A stretch of 64,000 nt of DNA from Ilumatobacteraceae bacterium (GTDB lineage: Bacteria > Actinomycetota > Acidimicrobiia > Acidimicrobiales > Ilumatobacteraceae), in contig CAVRNI010000026.1 of the NCBI GenBank assembly GCA_963722415.1, positions 58,362 through 122,361 on the forward strand, given 5' to 3'. How positions within the stretch are numbered: position 1 is the first letter of the stretch; each line of letters begins with the position of its first letter. Below are positions 42,710 to 51,177 of this stretch, piece after piece. The position numbers and the translations under genes were made by a program. The notes under the pieces were generated by a model. It was not told the origin of the DNA. It worked only from the letters and a program-made list of their open reading frames with translations, and ran no database searches.

Positions 42710-43548
42710 CTACCCGAGTTGCAGCATCTTCGCGATCGCATCGAGCGCGGGGGTGCCGGAGGGCCCCCGCGGCTGAACGAGGTCGGCGTGATGCGCCCCG
42801 TCGATGAGCATCGTGTCGGCTCGGATCGAACGTGATTCCAGGTTGGCCGCGAACTCGGCGGTCAAGTCGTCGTTCTCGCCACCGACGAGTGCGAATGACA
42901 CCGTCCTGCGAACGTCGTTGCCGGCGAGCCACCAGCCGGGATTCCCGTGCGTCCAAGCGATCGGTTGGTCGACCGGATCGCCACCGAACCAGTCGACCGT
43001 GGCAGCGGTGACGATCGACGGTGATGGCTCACCGAGCCAGCCGAAATGCCCACCCACCGCCACGACGTGCGCCGGGCCCGCCGTTGGCAACGCCTCCACG
43101 CAGTCGTGGGGCATCGACGCGAATGAGTCCCAGCCGAGGGCGATTGCCGCGATCACGAGCGCCCCGTCGCCCCACCGATGATCGCGATGGGTCTCGTTGC
43201 CGAGTCCCTCGGCGTACCGGGCCGCCCACGTGTAGGCGCACACGACGTCGAAATACGTCTCGGGCCAACCGCCGCCGTGCGCCAGCGGGTGGACGTCGGC
43301 ATTCGCAACGATCGCGCCCGCTCGACAAGCGCGTGACTCAGCCCTGCAAGGTCGCGGCGGTCGCCGCAACACCCGTCGACCGCCACCACGACCACCGGCG
43401 CGGCGCCGGTGTCGGATGGTTCGTACAGATCAAGCACCTGGTCATGGCGATATTCGACCGGCTCGGGTGGTCGGTGGCCCGTCGGCGGCGGGGTGCCACA
43501 GGCCGCCAGCGCGACACCGATGACGACGCCAGCCGCTAGTCGAAACAC
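42710..43548 (-). CDS. Lipoprotein with alpha/beta-hydrolase-like fold, frame switch near 43320
   Basis: MFRLAAGVVIGVALAACG (lipobox)...LDLYEPSDTGAAPVVVVAVDGCCGDRRDLAGLSHALVE continues in ORF 42710..43372 as GAIVANADVHPLAHGGGWPETYFDVVCAYTWAARYA. No clear GxSxG nucleophile was seen. Confidence 0.45.
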
Positions 43549-43569
43549 CGGGCGATCGTCCGGTATCGC

Positions 43570-45636
43570 TCAGTGGGGAGGAACGCTGCCTCCTCGTCCG
43601 GCGTGAGGTTCCGAGCGGCGATCGCGCGACAACCGATCACGAAGGCCGGCACGGTCGACTCGGAACCGCATCGTGGACGATTCGCCCCCCACCGCGATTT
43701 GCTGCGCAGCGGGATCGATCGACACCGACGTGGCCGGATCATTGGCTGACATCGTCAGCGTGCCGATCAGACGCAGGTGCGGAACATCCCAGACGTCGAC
43801 GCCGCCGTCGGATGTCGCCGCGACGAGCAGCTCACCCGTGGCGGACAGGTCAACCGACCGGATCGAGCTGTGCATCACGGGCGGCGACAAGACCTTCCAC
43901 ACCTTGGGATCGCAACCGTCGCCGCCGTCGCCCAACAGGACTCTGGGGTATATCCGGATTTCGCCATCGGACGTGCCGATCGCGACCGTGCCGTCGGCGG
44001 CTACGGCGATGTCGTTGACGCTTCGTCCGAGCTCGATCGACGAGAACTCGCCGGTCGAACCCGGTGGCGCGGACAGCAGCGTGCCGCCCTGGTCGCCGAC
44101 GACCAGATGACCCTCGGCCGAGAGCGCGATCGCGGTCACTCGCCGACCGGTGGGGATCTCCGCCGTGCTCTCGCGGCCATCGTGGACCATCAGGATCTCA
44201 CCCGCGTTGATCCCCGCCGCCAAGTTGTCCGTGTCGACCATCGACAGCGCTGTGAGCTCTCCGGCGCCGGAGGATGGGTGGGTGGCGACCGGCGTCCGCG
44301 ACGCGGCGTCGTACACGACGACTTCGTCGGGCCATCCGCTCACACCGCGGCCGATCGCCGCCAACTCCTCTCCGTCGACGCCGTACGACACGCGGTCGAA
44401 GTCGCCAGTGTGTTCCGACGGCTGCAGCTGGTGGGCGGTGCCGTCGGCGTCGACGATTCGCAGCGTGCCGGACGTGATGACGGCGATCTGACCGTCACCG
44501 TTCGGCCGCACCGCCACGTCGCCGATGCCGCGGTCGCCGTCATCACGTGCGATCGGTTCCGCCCAGCGATTCGGCTGGTCGAGATCCCAGGCGACGAGCC
44601 CGTCGCCGGCGACGGACACGAAAGTGGTGTCCGTCGGACAGATCACGCTGCGGACCGTGTCCGTGTGCGAGGCGAATTCCACCGGTTCGACCAACTGTCC
44701 GCGTTGTCGGCTCCACCGCCGGACGAGATGATCGCGGCCCGCGGTCACGACGCCCGAACCGTCGGGCGACACGCACATCGTCACGACACGGCCTTCGAGC
44801 ACGTCGGAAGAACCACCGGTCCGTTCGTCGACCGTCCCGACGAGTGTGATCGCCGTGGGATTCTCGTCAGCCAGATCCCAGGAGCGGATCGTGAGGTCGT
44901 CGCCCGTGGAGAGCAGTTCGCTGGTGCCCGGCACGAACGCGACCGCGCGGACCTTGCTCGTGTGTGCCGTCAGGGTCTGGGTCGGCTCCAGCGTGGCGCG
45001 CTCCCAAACTCCGATTAGGCAGTGGTTCGTTCCGGCGACCAACCAGCGCCGCTCGTCGTCGACCGCGATTGATCGAACCTTCCGATCGGCCGCCTCGATG
45101 ACGCATTGAGACGACCCTGGGCCGTCTGGCACCGCGAACATGTGCTCGATGGCCGGACTCGACACGTTGGAAACGTCGATCACCGCGACCATGCCGTCCC
45201 ACGTGCCGACGATCAAACGGTCGCCGTCGAAAAGTGCGACGGACACCGGGCTGTCCGTGTCAAGGCGAACGCGACGCGACGTGAGCGACGGATCGGATGT
45301 GTCGATGACGTCGATCCAGCCGTCGCTGCCGACGAACCCGTGCCCGTCGGGTTCGACGTTGCCCCCTCCGACCGCGATCACCGATGTGCTCTCCTGCGCC
45401 GCGATCGCGAGGATGCTGTGTCCGACGTTCGATTTCGTGCTCGGTTCTGCATCGCCCGGGTCCCAGACGTAGAGCTCCCCGAACCCGTCGCCGATCACGA
45501 TCCGGCCGTTGCCCAGCTGGACGGCAGCTTCAAACCCGACGTTGCGGGCGGTGGCATCGATGCGCCGAGCGATGTCTGGATCGTGTTCCGCGGTGACGAG
45601 CATCTCGACCGCCCCGAGATCCGTCTCGTCGATCAT
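43570..45636 (-). CDS. WD40/beta-propeller repeat protein (688 aa), partner of the upstream STAND NTPase
   Basis: Many blades of the type ...VAIGTSDGEIRIYP, LLVAATSDGGVDVWDV, VVTAGRDHLVRRW, LLSTGDDLTIRSWDL, IVIGDGFGELYVWDP. No signal peptide. The ATG overlaps the STAND gene's TGA (ATGA at 45633-45636). Confidence 0.85.
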   Translation of the reverse strand: MIDETDLGAVEMLVTAEHDPDIARRIDATARNVGFEAAVQLGNGRIVIGDGFGELYVWDPGDAEPSTKSNVGHSILAIAAQESTSVIAVGGGNVEPDGHGFVGSDGWIDVIDTSDPSLTSRRVRLDTDSPVSVALFDGDRLIVGTWDGMVAVIDVSNVSSPAIEHMFAVPDGPGSSQCVIEAADRKVRSIAVDDERRWLVAGTNHCLIGVWERATLEPTQTLTAHTSKVRAVAFVPGTSELLSTGDDLTIRSWDLADENPTAITLVGTVDERTGGSSDVLEGRVVTMCVSPDGSGVVTAGRDHLVRRWSRQRGQLVEPVEFASHTDTVRSVICPTDTTFVSVAGDGLVAWDLDQPNRWAEPIARDDGDRGIGDVAVRPNGDGQIAVITSGTLRIVDADGTAHQLQPSEHTGDFDRVSYGVDGEELAAIGRGVSGWPDEVVVYDAASRTPVATHPSSGAGELTALSMVDTDNLAAGINAGEILMVHDGRESTAEIPTGRRVTAIALSAEGHLVVGDQGGTLLSAPPGSTGEFSSIELGRSVNDIAVAADGTVAIGTSDGEIRIYPRVLLGDGGDGCDPKVWKVLSPPVMHSSIRSVDLSATGELLVAATSDGGVDVWDVPHLRLIGTLTMSANDPATSVSIDPAAQQIAVGGESSTMRFRVDRAGLRDRLSRDRRSEPHAGRGGSVPPH

Positions 45637-47978
45637 GTCTGCCGCGGGACCAGGAGCGCCTGGAGTCCCAAACCACCGCTGTAGGCAGCTGCCGACGTCT
45701 GAAGTTGGGTTGCGACCCGCCTATCCGTCTCCGCCTCGGCAGTGCGTTGGGACGCCCTCGCGTCGTTCCGGGCGTGCCACGCGTAGACGCCGAGACCGGT
45801 CGTCAGGACGGCCACCACGACCGCCGCGACGAGTACGACGCGTTCCCAGAGACGCTTGCGGTCCGCCTTGGCGCGACTCCTCGCGATGTATGCCACGAGG
45901 TCCTGCTCGACGACGAAGTCCGAACCGTGCGCCTGCTCGAGCCAGCGTTCGGCGGCTGCGAGGTCGCGGCCGGTGAGTGGCTCCGGGCCGACCCGGCTCT
46001 CCCAGGTCCGACGTTGCATCTCGACGCCACGGTGCAGTTGGACCCACTCCCGGAACGTCGGCCAGCCAGCGATGATCGCGTCGTGGCTCAGGTCGGCGAC
46101 CTGGACGTGGCGCGACGTGCCGCCCTCAACAATCGTCTGGTCGTCGACGGTGATGATGCGTTGGTTCTCGTGACTCAGGATGTCGAAGACCTCCCGGAAG
46201 CCGGCCGGGTCGGCCGCGGCATCGACGAGCTTCGTGACCGGCACCTGGCGACGGGTGTAAAGCTCGCCGTCGCCGAAGTGCACGAGTCGCATGAGGATCG
46301 CACGCGCGATACCCATGCCATCGTCGGGGCGTCGCTGCTTGACGATCTTGAGAGCGTCGTCGGCCTGCCGGCTGATCGCCTCCCGCACGCCGAACTCGCC
46401 AGACGACCACTCCGTTTCTGAGAGCGACAGATACCACCACGGCTGCCGACCCCAGAGCTTGCGGAGCGCCTCCTGCAGGAACGGCATGAGTCCCGGCTGC
46501 CCTTCGGTCTCGCTCGCCAACCGCACCACCAGCGAGTCGGCGATGACGACGCCGAGTTGTCCTGCCGGCTCGCGGATCGCTTGCTCCAGCGCACCTCCGG
46601 TAAGCGGCGTGATCGGCACCAGATCGAGCTCGACAAGCGTCCAGACCGGACTGACCATCAGCTGTCCGTAGAAGTCGGCGCGGACCGTCACGATGATGTG
46701 CAGCTCCGGATCGAGCCGCCGCTGCTCGACGATGGCATTGAGGAAGCGAGTGCCGACGTCCAGTACCGGTTCGTCCGATCCGTCTGTGAGCGGGGGTGCA
46801 ACCCCGAACGCCTGCTCCAGTTGGTCGACGACCAGCACCCTTGCGTGATTGGGGCTGGCTGCCCGATCGAGTCGTTCGAGGACTGGCCCGAGTTCGTCGC
46901 TCGGGCGCACGATCTCGACCGAGCTCTGGGGCCGCCCGTCGAACCCCGCTTCTCGGATTCGAGGGAGCACGCCCGCGAGCACGAGCGACGACTTGCCCGA
47001 ACCCGACGGACCGATCACCGCCGCTATCCGTCGGCGTCGCAGTTGTTCCATGACGAGCTCGATTTCGCGATCCCGGCCGACGAAGGGGTAGCGCTCGTCT
47101 CCGCGGTACGGCCGCATGCCGGGGTAAGGACACGCTGGGGGACGGCTGAGTCGTGGAGGGGCAACGTCGAATGCGCGACAGATCGTCTGCAGCGACTCGT
47201 ACCAGAGCTCACGGTTGAACATGTCAACCCGAACCGGTACGTCGTACTGCTGTGGGATCTCGAACGGATTCGTCGGGTCGCCCGGATTGTCGAGCACCAG
47301 CGGGAGAGACTTGCTGATCTGGCGCGTCTTTTCGAACTCGTCGAGGTAGCGCCCCGCCTCGTGGGCGAGATCGTTCAGGTACGCCCTCGACACCACGACG
47401 ATCACGCGATCGGCCCAGTCGATCGCGTTCTGGAGCGCCTTGAACGCAGGTTCGCCGGAGTCGACTGCTCCGGACAGGGAGGCGACGTCCTTGGCGTCGA
47501 CGTTGGCTTGCCGCAACGCGGGAATGAGGTAGCCCGTCACGAACTCGCGGTCGGCCTCCGATTCGAGGACGAACGCGCGCTTGATCATCCGGTCGACCGC
47601 TTCGATGACCTTGGTCGGATCGTCGTCGTTGCGGAGATCGATCAGGTGATCTGCGGCCGGGAGGTGCTCGACGTCTCCTCGTTGGACCACGACGAGGATC
47701 CCACTGATCGCCGCCTCGTATTCGGTGTACCAACTCTGTCCGTACCATTCGTCGACTGTCGCCACCGTGACCCGGGCTCTCGCCGAGCTCCGCACGATCT
47801 CGTCGATGAGGATCTGACCCGGCACGAAGTCCTTCGTGTCGAGGAGCGCCGAGTAGCCAGCCTGTTCCAACGCCGGTTTCAAGACGTTGCGGACCCACGT
47901 CGCAGTTGGTTCACGGTGCCGGTAGCTCAGGAAGACGTCTCGGTCAGCGGGAGTCACGATCCACCTCACTGACGACAC
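45633..47978 (-). CDS. Tandem-TIR - STAND (nSTAND/NACHT-like) P-loop NTPase with C-terminal transmembrane helix
   Basis: - TIR 1: RDVFLSYRHREPTATWVRNVLKPALEQAGYSALLDTKDFVPGQ...GQSWYTEYEAAIS.
- A second, degenerate TIR-like unit: KRAFVLESEADREFVTGYLIPALRQ...RVIVVVSRAYLND.
- STAND entry motif: CPYPGMRPYRGDERYPFVGRDREIE.
- Walker A: VIGPSGSGKSS. Walker B: VLVVDQLEQAF.
- TM helix: VVLVAAVVVAVLTTGLGVYAW (nt 45777-45839).
The likely true start is GTG 47957, preceded by gaggtgg. Confidence 0.85.
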   Translation of the reverse strand: MSSVRWIVTPADRDVFLSYRHREPTATWVRNVLKPALEQAGYSALLDTKDFVPGQILIDEIVRSSARARVTVATVDEWYGQSWYTEYEAAISGILVVVQRGDVEHLPAADHLIDLRNDDDPTKVIEAVDRMIKRAFVLESEADREFVTGYLIPALRQANVDAKDVASLSGAVDSGEPAFKALQNAIDWADRVIVVVSRAYLNDLAHEAGRYLDEFEKTRQISKSLPLVLDNPGDPTNPFEIPQQYDVPVRVDMFNRELWYESLQTICRAFDVAPPRLSRPPACPYPGMRPYRGDERYPFVGRDREIELVMEQLRRRRIAAVIGPSGSGKSSLVLAGVLPRIREAGFDGRPQSSVEIVRPSDELGPVLERLDRAASPNHARVLVVDQLEQAFGVAPPLTDGSDEPVLDVGTRFLNAIVEQRRLDPELHIIVTVRADFYGQLMVSPVWTLVELDLVPITPLTGGALEQAIREPAGQLGVVIADSLVVRLASETEGQPGLMPFLQEALRKLWGRQPWWYLSLSETEWSSGEFGVREAISRQADDALKIVKQRRPDDGMGIARAILMRLVHFGDGELYTRRQVPVTKLVDAAADPAGFREVFDILSHENQRIITVDDQTIVEGGTSRHVQVADLSHDAIIAGWPTFREWVQLHRGVEMQRRTWESRVGPEPLTGRDLAAAERWLEQAHGSDFVVEQDLVAYIARSRAKADRKRLWERVVLVAAVVVAVLTTGLGVYAWHARNDARASQRTAEAETDRRVATQLQTSAAAYSGGLGLQALLVPRQT

Positions 47979-48899
47979 CCGGCGAGCACGTTCCTGCCAT
48001 CGTCGGTGAGCACGAGCCGGTTGACGGAGTCGAGGTCTCCCGGTGCGAACGGGGATCGCCGGTCATCCGTGGTCCGGTCGGGTACGACCGGCAAGGTCGC
48101 GAAGACGATCCGATCGTGCGACCAGGCACCGATGAGGAAACCAGCGAGCGCCACCGGATCGACGAGCTCGAACCCGGTGTTCCGAAGGACGCGGCTCGCC
48201 GACACGCACGTGCCGGCTCGGTTCGGCGATCTCGACGGCCGCGATGGCCACCGCGAGGTAGGTCTGGGCGTGTGTGATGCGGTCGAGATCGGTCGTCTCG
48301 ACAAGCACCCAATCGTCACCAAAGCGTTCCTCCCACGTGCGGGAGCGAAGGTAGGCGACCGCGTTGGCGCCGACCAATGCCACCGGGCCCGGGCCGGCAT
48401 GGAAGCCGGTCCGACGGTCCAGACTCTCGGCCGGGAGATCGATCTCGACGGGGCCGATGGCCCCGGCGATGTCGGCGACCCCTTTGAGGTCGATGGTGAC
48501 GACCGCCCCGATGCGTACCCCGAGCAGGTCCTCGACGGCGTCCGCCATGGCGCGGGCCCCAGCCGTGTCATAGAGCACCGCCAGTGCTTCGCTGTCGGGC
48601 GCAACAACGAGGTCTCGCGGGATGGACGTGAGCGTCAAGTCGTCGCAATTGCGCCACCACGTGGCCAGCAGGACGGAATCGGCGCGGCGCTCGCCAGGAA
48701 CGTTGTCCTCGACCACCAACAGGATGCTCGCACGGTCAGCGCGCACGTACGCCGTGACCACAACGACGGCCGCGCCAACGAACAGAACGATGAGCGTCCC
48801 AGCAGTGACGACCGTCGCCGTTCGACGTCGTGAGTCGACCGCCAACACCGTTGACAAGTGCTCTGGTCCAAACCGTGCAGGCGGCGGCTCGCCGGTCAT
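47966..48899 (-). CDS. LCP (LytR-CpsA-Psr) family membrane protein, frame switch near 48210
   Basis: MTGEPPPARFG..., TM segment TATVVTAGTLIVLFVGAAVVVVTAYV, then SVLLATWWRNCDDLTLTSIPRDLVV...VVTIDLKGVADIAGAIGPVEIDL...AVAYLRSRTWE...DLDRITHAQTYL. It continues in ORF 47966..48607 as SASRVLRNTGFELVDPVALAGFLIGAW... The stop lies within 13 nt of the TIR gene start. Confidence 0.75.
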
Positions 48900-49447
48900 A
48901 TCGAGATTTCGAAAGTGGTCGTCGTCGGCTCGGGCAGGTCGTTGAGGACAACCCACTCCGGTCCGTCGATCAGGATGCGCCCGTCCACGGTGCAGGTGGC
49001 GACCGGGCAATTGAACTGTTCGAACGTCCGGAGGGCTGCCTCTGTGTGGTCTCCGAACGAACCGTCGACCGCGACCCCGCCGTCAATTCGGGTGCGGAGC
49101 AGGCGTTGCAGCCGTTCGACCTCCTCCCCTTCACAGCCGTGCTGGAGAACTTCAACGCAACGCGTTGACGAGACCGAACTGGTCGAGCTCTTTGGCACCG
49201 TCGTCGTCGTTGTCGAAGTCGATGTCGATGTCGAAGTCGAAGTCGTTGTCGAAGTGGACGAAGACGTCGACGTCGAAGACGTTGACGGTGACGTTGACGT
49301 TGACGTTGACGTCGTCACCGCGATGGTCGTGGACGTGGTGGCATCGTCGTCGTCAGCGCACGACGCCACCAGTAGGACAAATACCACGAGCACGGGCAGG
49401 TACCACCCTGCCTGGCTGAGGGGCGATCTGCGGTGTCCTCCACCCAT
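48896..49447 (-). CDS. Lipoprotein with Ser/Thr-rich linker and peptidoglycan-binding (PG_binding_1-like) domain
   Basis: The lipobox is LLVASC. A TTSTTIAVTTSTSTSTSPSTSSTSTSSSTSTTTSTSTSTSTSTTTTT linker follows. The PG-binding domain is VLQHGCEGEEVERLQRLLRTRIDGGVAVDGSFGDHTEAALRTFEQ. The stop overlaps the LCP ATG (ATGA). Confidence 0.75.
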   Translation of the reverse strand: MGGGHRRSPLSQAGWYLPVLVVFVLLVASCADDDDATTSTTIAVTTSTSTSTSPSTSSTSTSSSTSTTTSTSTSTSTSTTTTTVPKSSTSSVSSTRCVEVLQHGCEGEEVERLQRLLRTRIDGGVAVDGSFGDHTEAALRTFEQFNCPVATCTVDGRILIDGPEWVVLNDLPEPTTTTFEISI

Positions 49448-49449
49448 CG

Positions 49450-51141
49450 TTACCTCACAAACCCAGGTCTCGATGTCGCCAGTGCAGCCGCGGGTCGCTT
49501 GTGCGACAGTTCCGGCTGCCCACCGTACTGCGTCACGCCATCGACACCGCCGGATTTCGTCTGGGCAGACCTCGAGCAGTAGCGGAAAGGAACTGCAGCC
49601 AAGATGGGCGGCGGTGCCTCTCGGATCCGGGACTCAGCGCACCGAGATCGATGCGAGTCCGCGTCGCTATTCCGGGGCTCGAAGTTGGTGACGAGGTCGA
49701 TCAGGAGGCGGGTGCCGAAGCCGGTGGCGCCCTTCGACAGCCAGCCTTCGTCGCCGTCGACCTTCATCGGACCGGCGATGTCGAGGTGCGCCCACGGCAC
49801 GTCGCCGGCGAACTCCGACAGGAACACCGAGGCGGTGATGGCGCCGCCGTAGGGGCCGCCGACGTTCTTCATGTCGGCCGTCACGGAGTCGAGCAACTTG
49901 CGGTACGGCTTGACCGCCAGCGGCAGTTGCCACACCGGCTCATCCGCTCGCTCGGCGCTCGCCTTGACCTGGTCGACGAGGGGCTGGCTGGTGCCGAGCA
50001 CACCGGCGATCGACGTGCCGAGCGCGACCAGGCAGGCGCCGGTGAGCGTGGCGATGTCGACGATCGCGTCCGGCTCGTCCTCGACCGCCAGCGACAACCC
50101 GTCGGCAAGGATCAGGCGACCCTCGGCGTCGGTGTTGTGGACCTCGACGGTCTTGCCGTTGCGCATCGTGAGCACGTCGCCGAGCTTCATCGCGCTGCCC
50201 GACGGCATGTTGTCGGTGCACATCAGGTAGCCGGTCACCTTGGTCTTGCACCGCAGTGCCTTCAGCGTCGTCATCGCCGCCAGGACGGCGGCCGCGCCCG
50301 ACATGTCCATCTTCATCACGGCGTGCATCGCGTCGCTCTGCTTCAGGCTGATGCCGCCGGAGTCGTACATCACGCCCTTGCCGACGAGTGCGATGTGGCC
50401 GGTCGGGTTCCGCGGCGTGTACGTGAGCCGCACGACGCGTGGTGGTTCGGCGCTCGCCTTGTTGACGGCGAGGATGCCGCCGCAACCCATCACGGTGAGC
50501 CGGTCCTTGTCGAAGACCTCGACGTCGAGGCCCGTCTCCCCCGCCAGCTCGACCGCCTTGTTGGCCATGTTCCGGGCCGTCAGGTGATCCGGCGGCGTGT
50601 TGGCCAACTCGCGCGCGATGCTCGCCGCCGACGAGACGGTGATGCCGCGACCGGCGCCTCGCTCGACCGCGCCGCCACGCTTCTCGGACGCGACGAGCGT
50701 GAGGGTGCGCAGCGCGCTGGCGATCGAGGTGTCGTTCTTCATGCCGACGTAGCGGTACGAAGCGAGCAGGACTCCCTCGGCGACGGCCTGGCCGGCCGAT
50801 GCGGCGTCGACGCCGTCGACATCGGCGAGGTTGGTGGCGATGTGGGCGCGTTTGCCCGCGGCGCGGGTGAACGCGGCGGCCGCGTTGCGGAGCGCGTTGG
50901 CGTCGAGCTCGTCGGACGGTCCGATCCCGACGGCGACGAGCGTCGGGCCGTCGCCGCGCGGCACGATGAGCGTCTGGCCCACGGCGCCGGTGAAGCCGTG
51001 ATCCGACAATGCGGCGCGGCTGAGCCCGAGCTGGCGGGGCACCGCGCCCTGCGACGCGACGGCGAGGCCGACGGCGTCGGCGGTGCGGGGGGCGGCGCGG
51101 GCAACGCCGACTTCGACGGCTGGTTCACTCATGGCGGCCAA
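49450..51141 (-). CDS. pepA: Leucyl aminopeptidase (M17) with an atypical C-terminal extension of about 70 aa
   Basis: VGKGVMYDSGGISLK...MKMDMSGAA...NTDAEGRLILAD...IATLTGA...LDIAGP...GATGFGTRLLIDLVTNF, then an unconserved-looking tail (EPRNSDADSHRSRCAE...) running to 2 nt before the next gene. Confidence 0.85.
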   Translation of the reverse strand: MAAMSEPAVEVGVARAAPRTADAVGLAVASQGAVPRQLGLSRAALSDHGFTGAVGQTLIVPRGDGPTLVAVGIGPSDELDANALRNAAAAFTRAAGKRAHIATNLADVDGVDAASAGQAVAEGVLLASYRYVGMKNDTSIASALRTLTLVASEKRGGAVERGAGRGITVSSAASIARELANTPPDHLTARNMANKAVELAGETGLDVEVFDKDRLTVMGCGGILAVNKASAEPPRVVRLTYTPRNPTGHIALVGKGVMYDSGGISLKQSDAMHAVMKMDMSGAAAVLAAMTTLKALRCKTKVTGYLMCTDNMPSGSAMKLGDVLTMRNGKTVEVHNTDAEGRLILADGLSLAVEDEPDAIVDIATLTGACLVALGTSIAGVLGTSQPLVDQVKASAERADEPVWQLPLAVKPYRKLLDSVTADMKNVGGPYGGAITASVFLSEFAGDVPWAHLDIAGPMKVDGDEGWLSKGATGFGTRLLIDLVTNFEPRNSDADSHRSRCAESRIREAPPPILAAVPFRYCSRSAQTKSGGVDGVTQYGGQPELSHKRPAAALATSRPGFVR

Positions 51142-51177
51142 GTCTGGCGGCTCGCAGGCCCGATCGTGCAGCCTCGC

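Noticed and set aside
49190-49330. Highly repetitive gtcga(a/c)gtcg... DNA as a possible satellite or CRISPR-like repeat.
   Set aside because: It is the coding sequence (minus strand) of the Ser/Thr-rich linker of the PG-binding lipoprotein. The periodicity follows codons (TCG/ACG/ACC runs).
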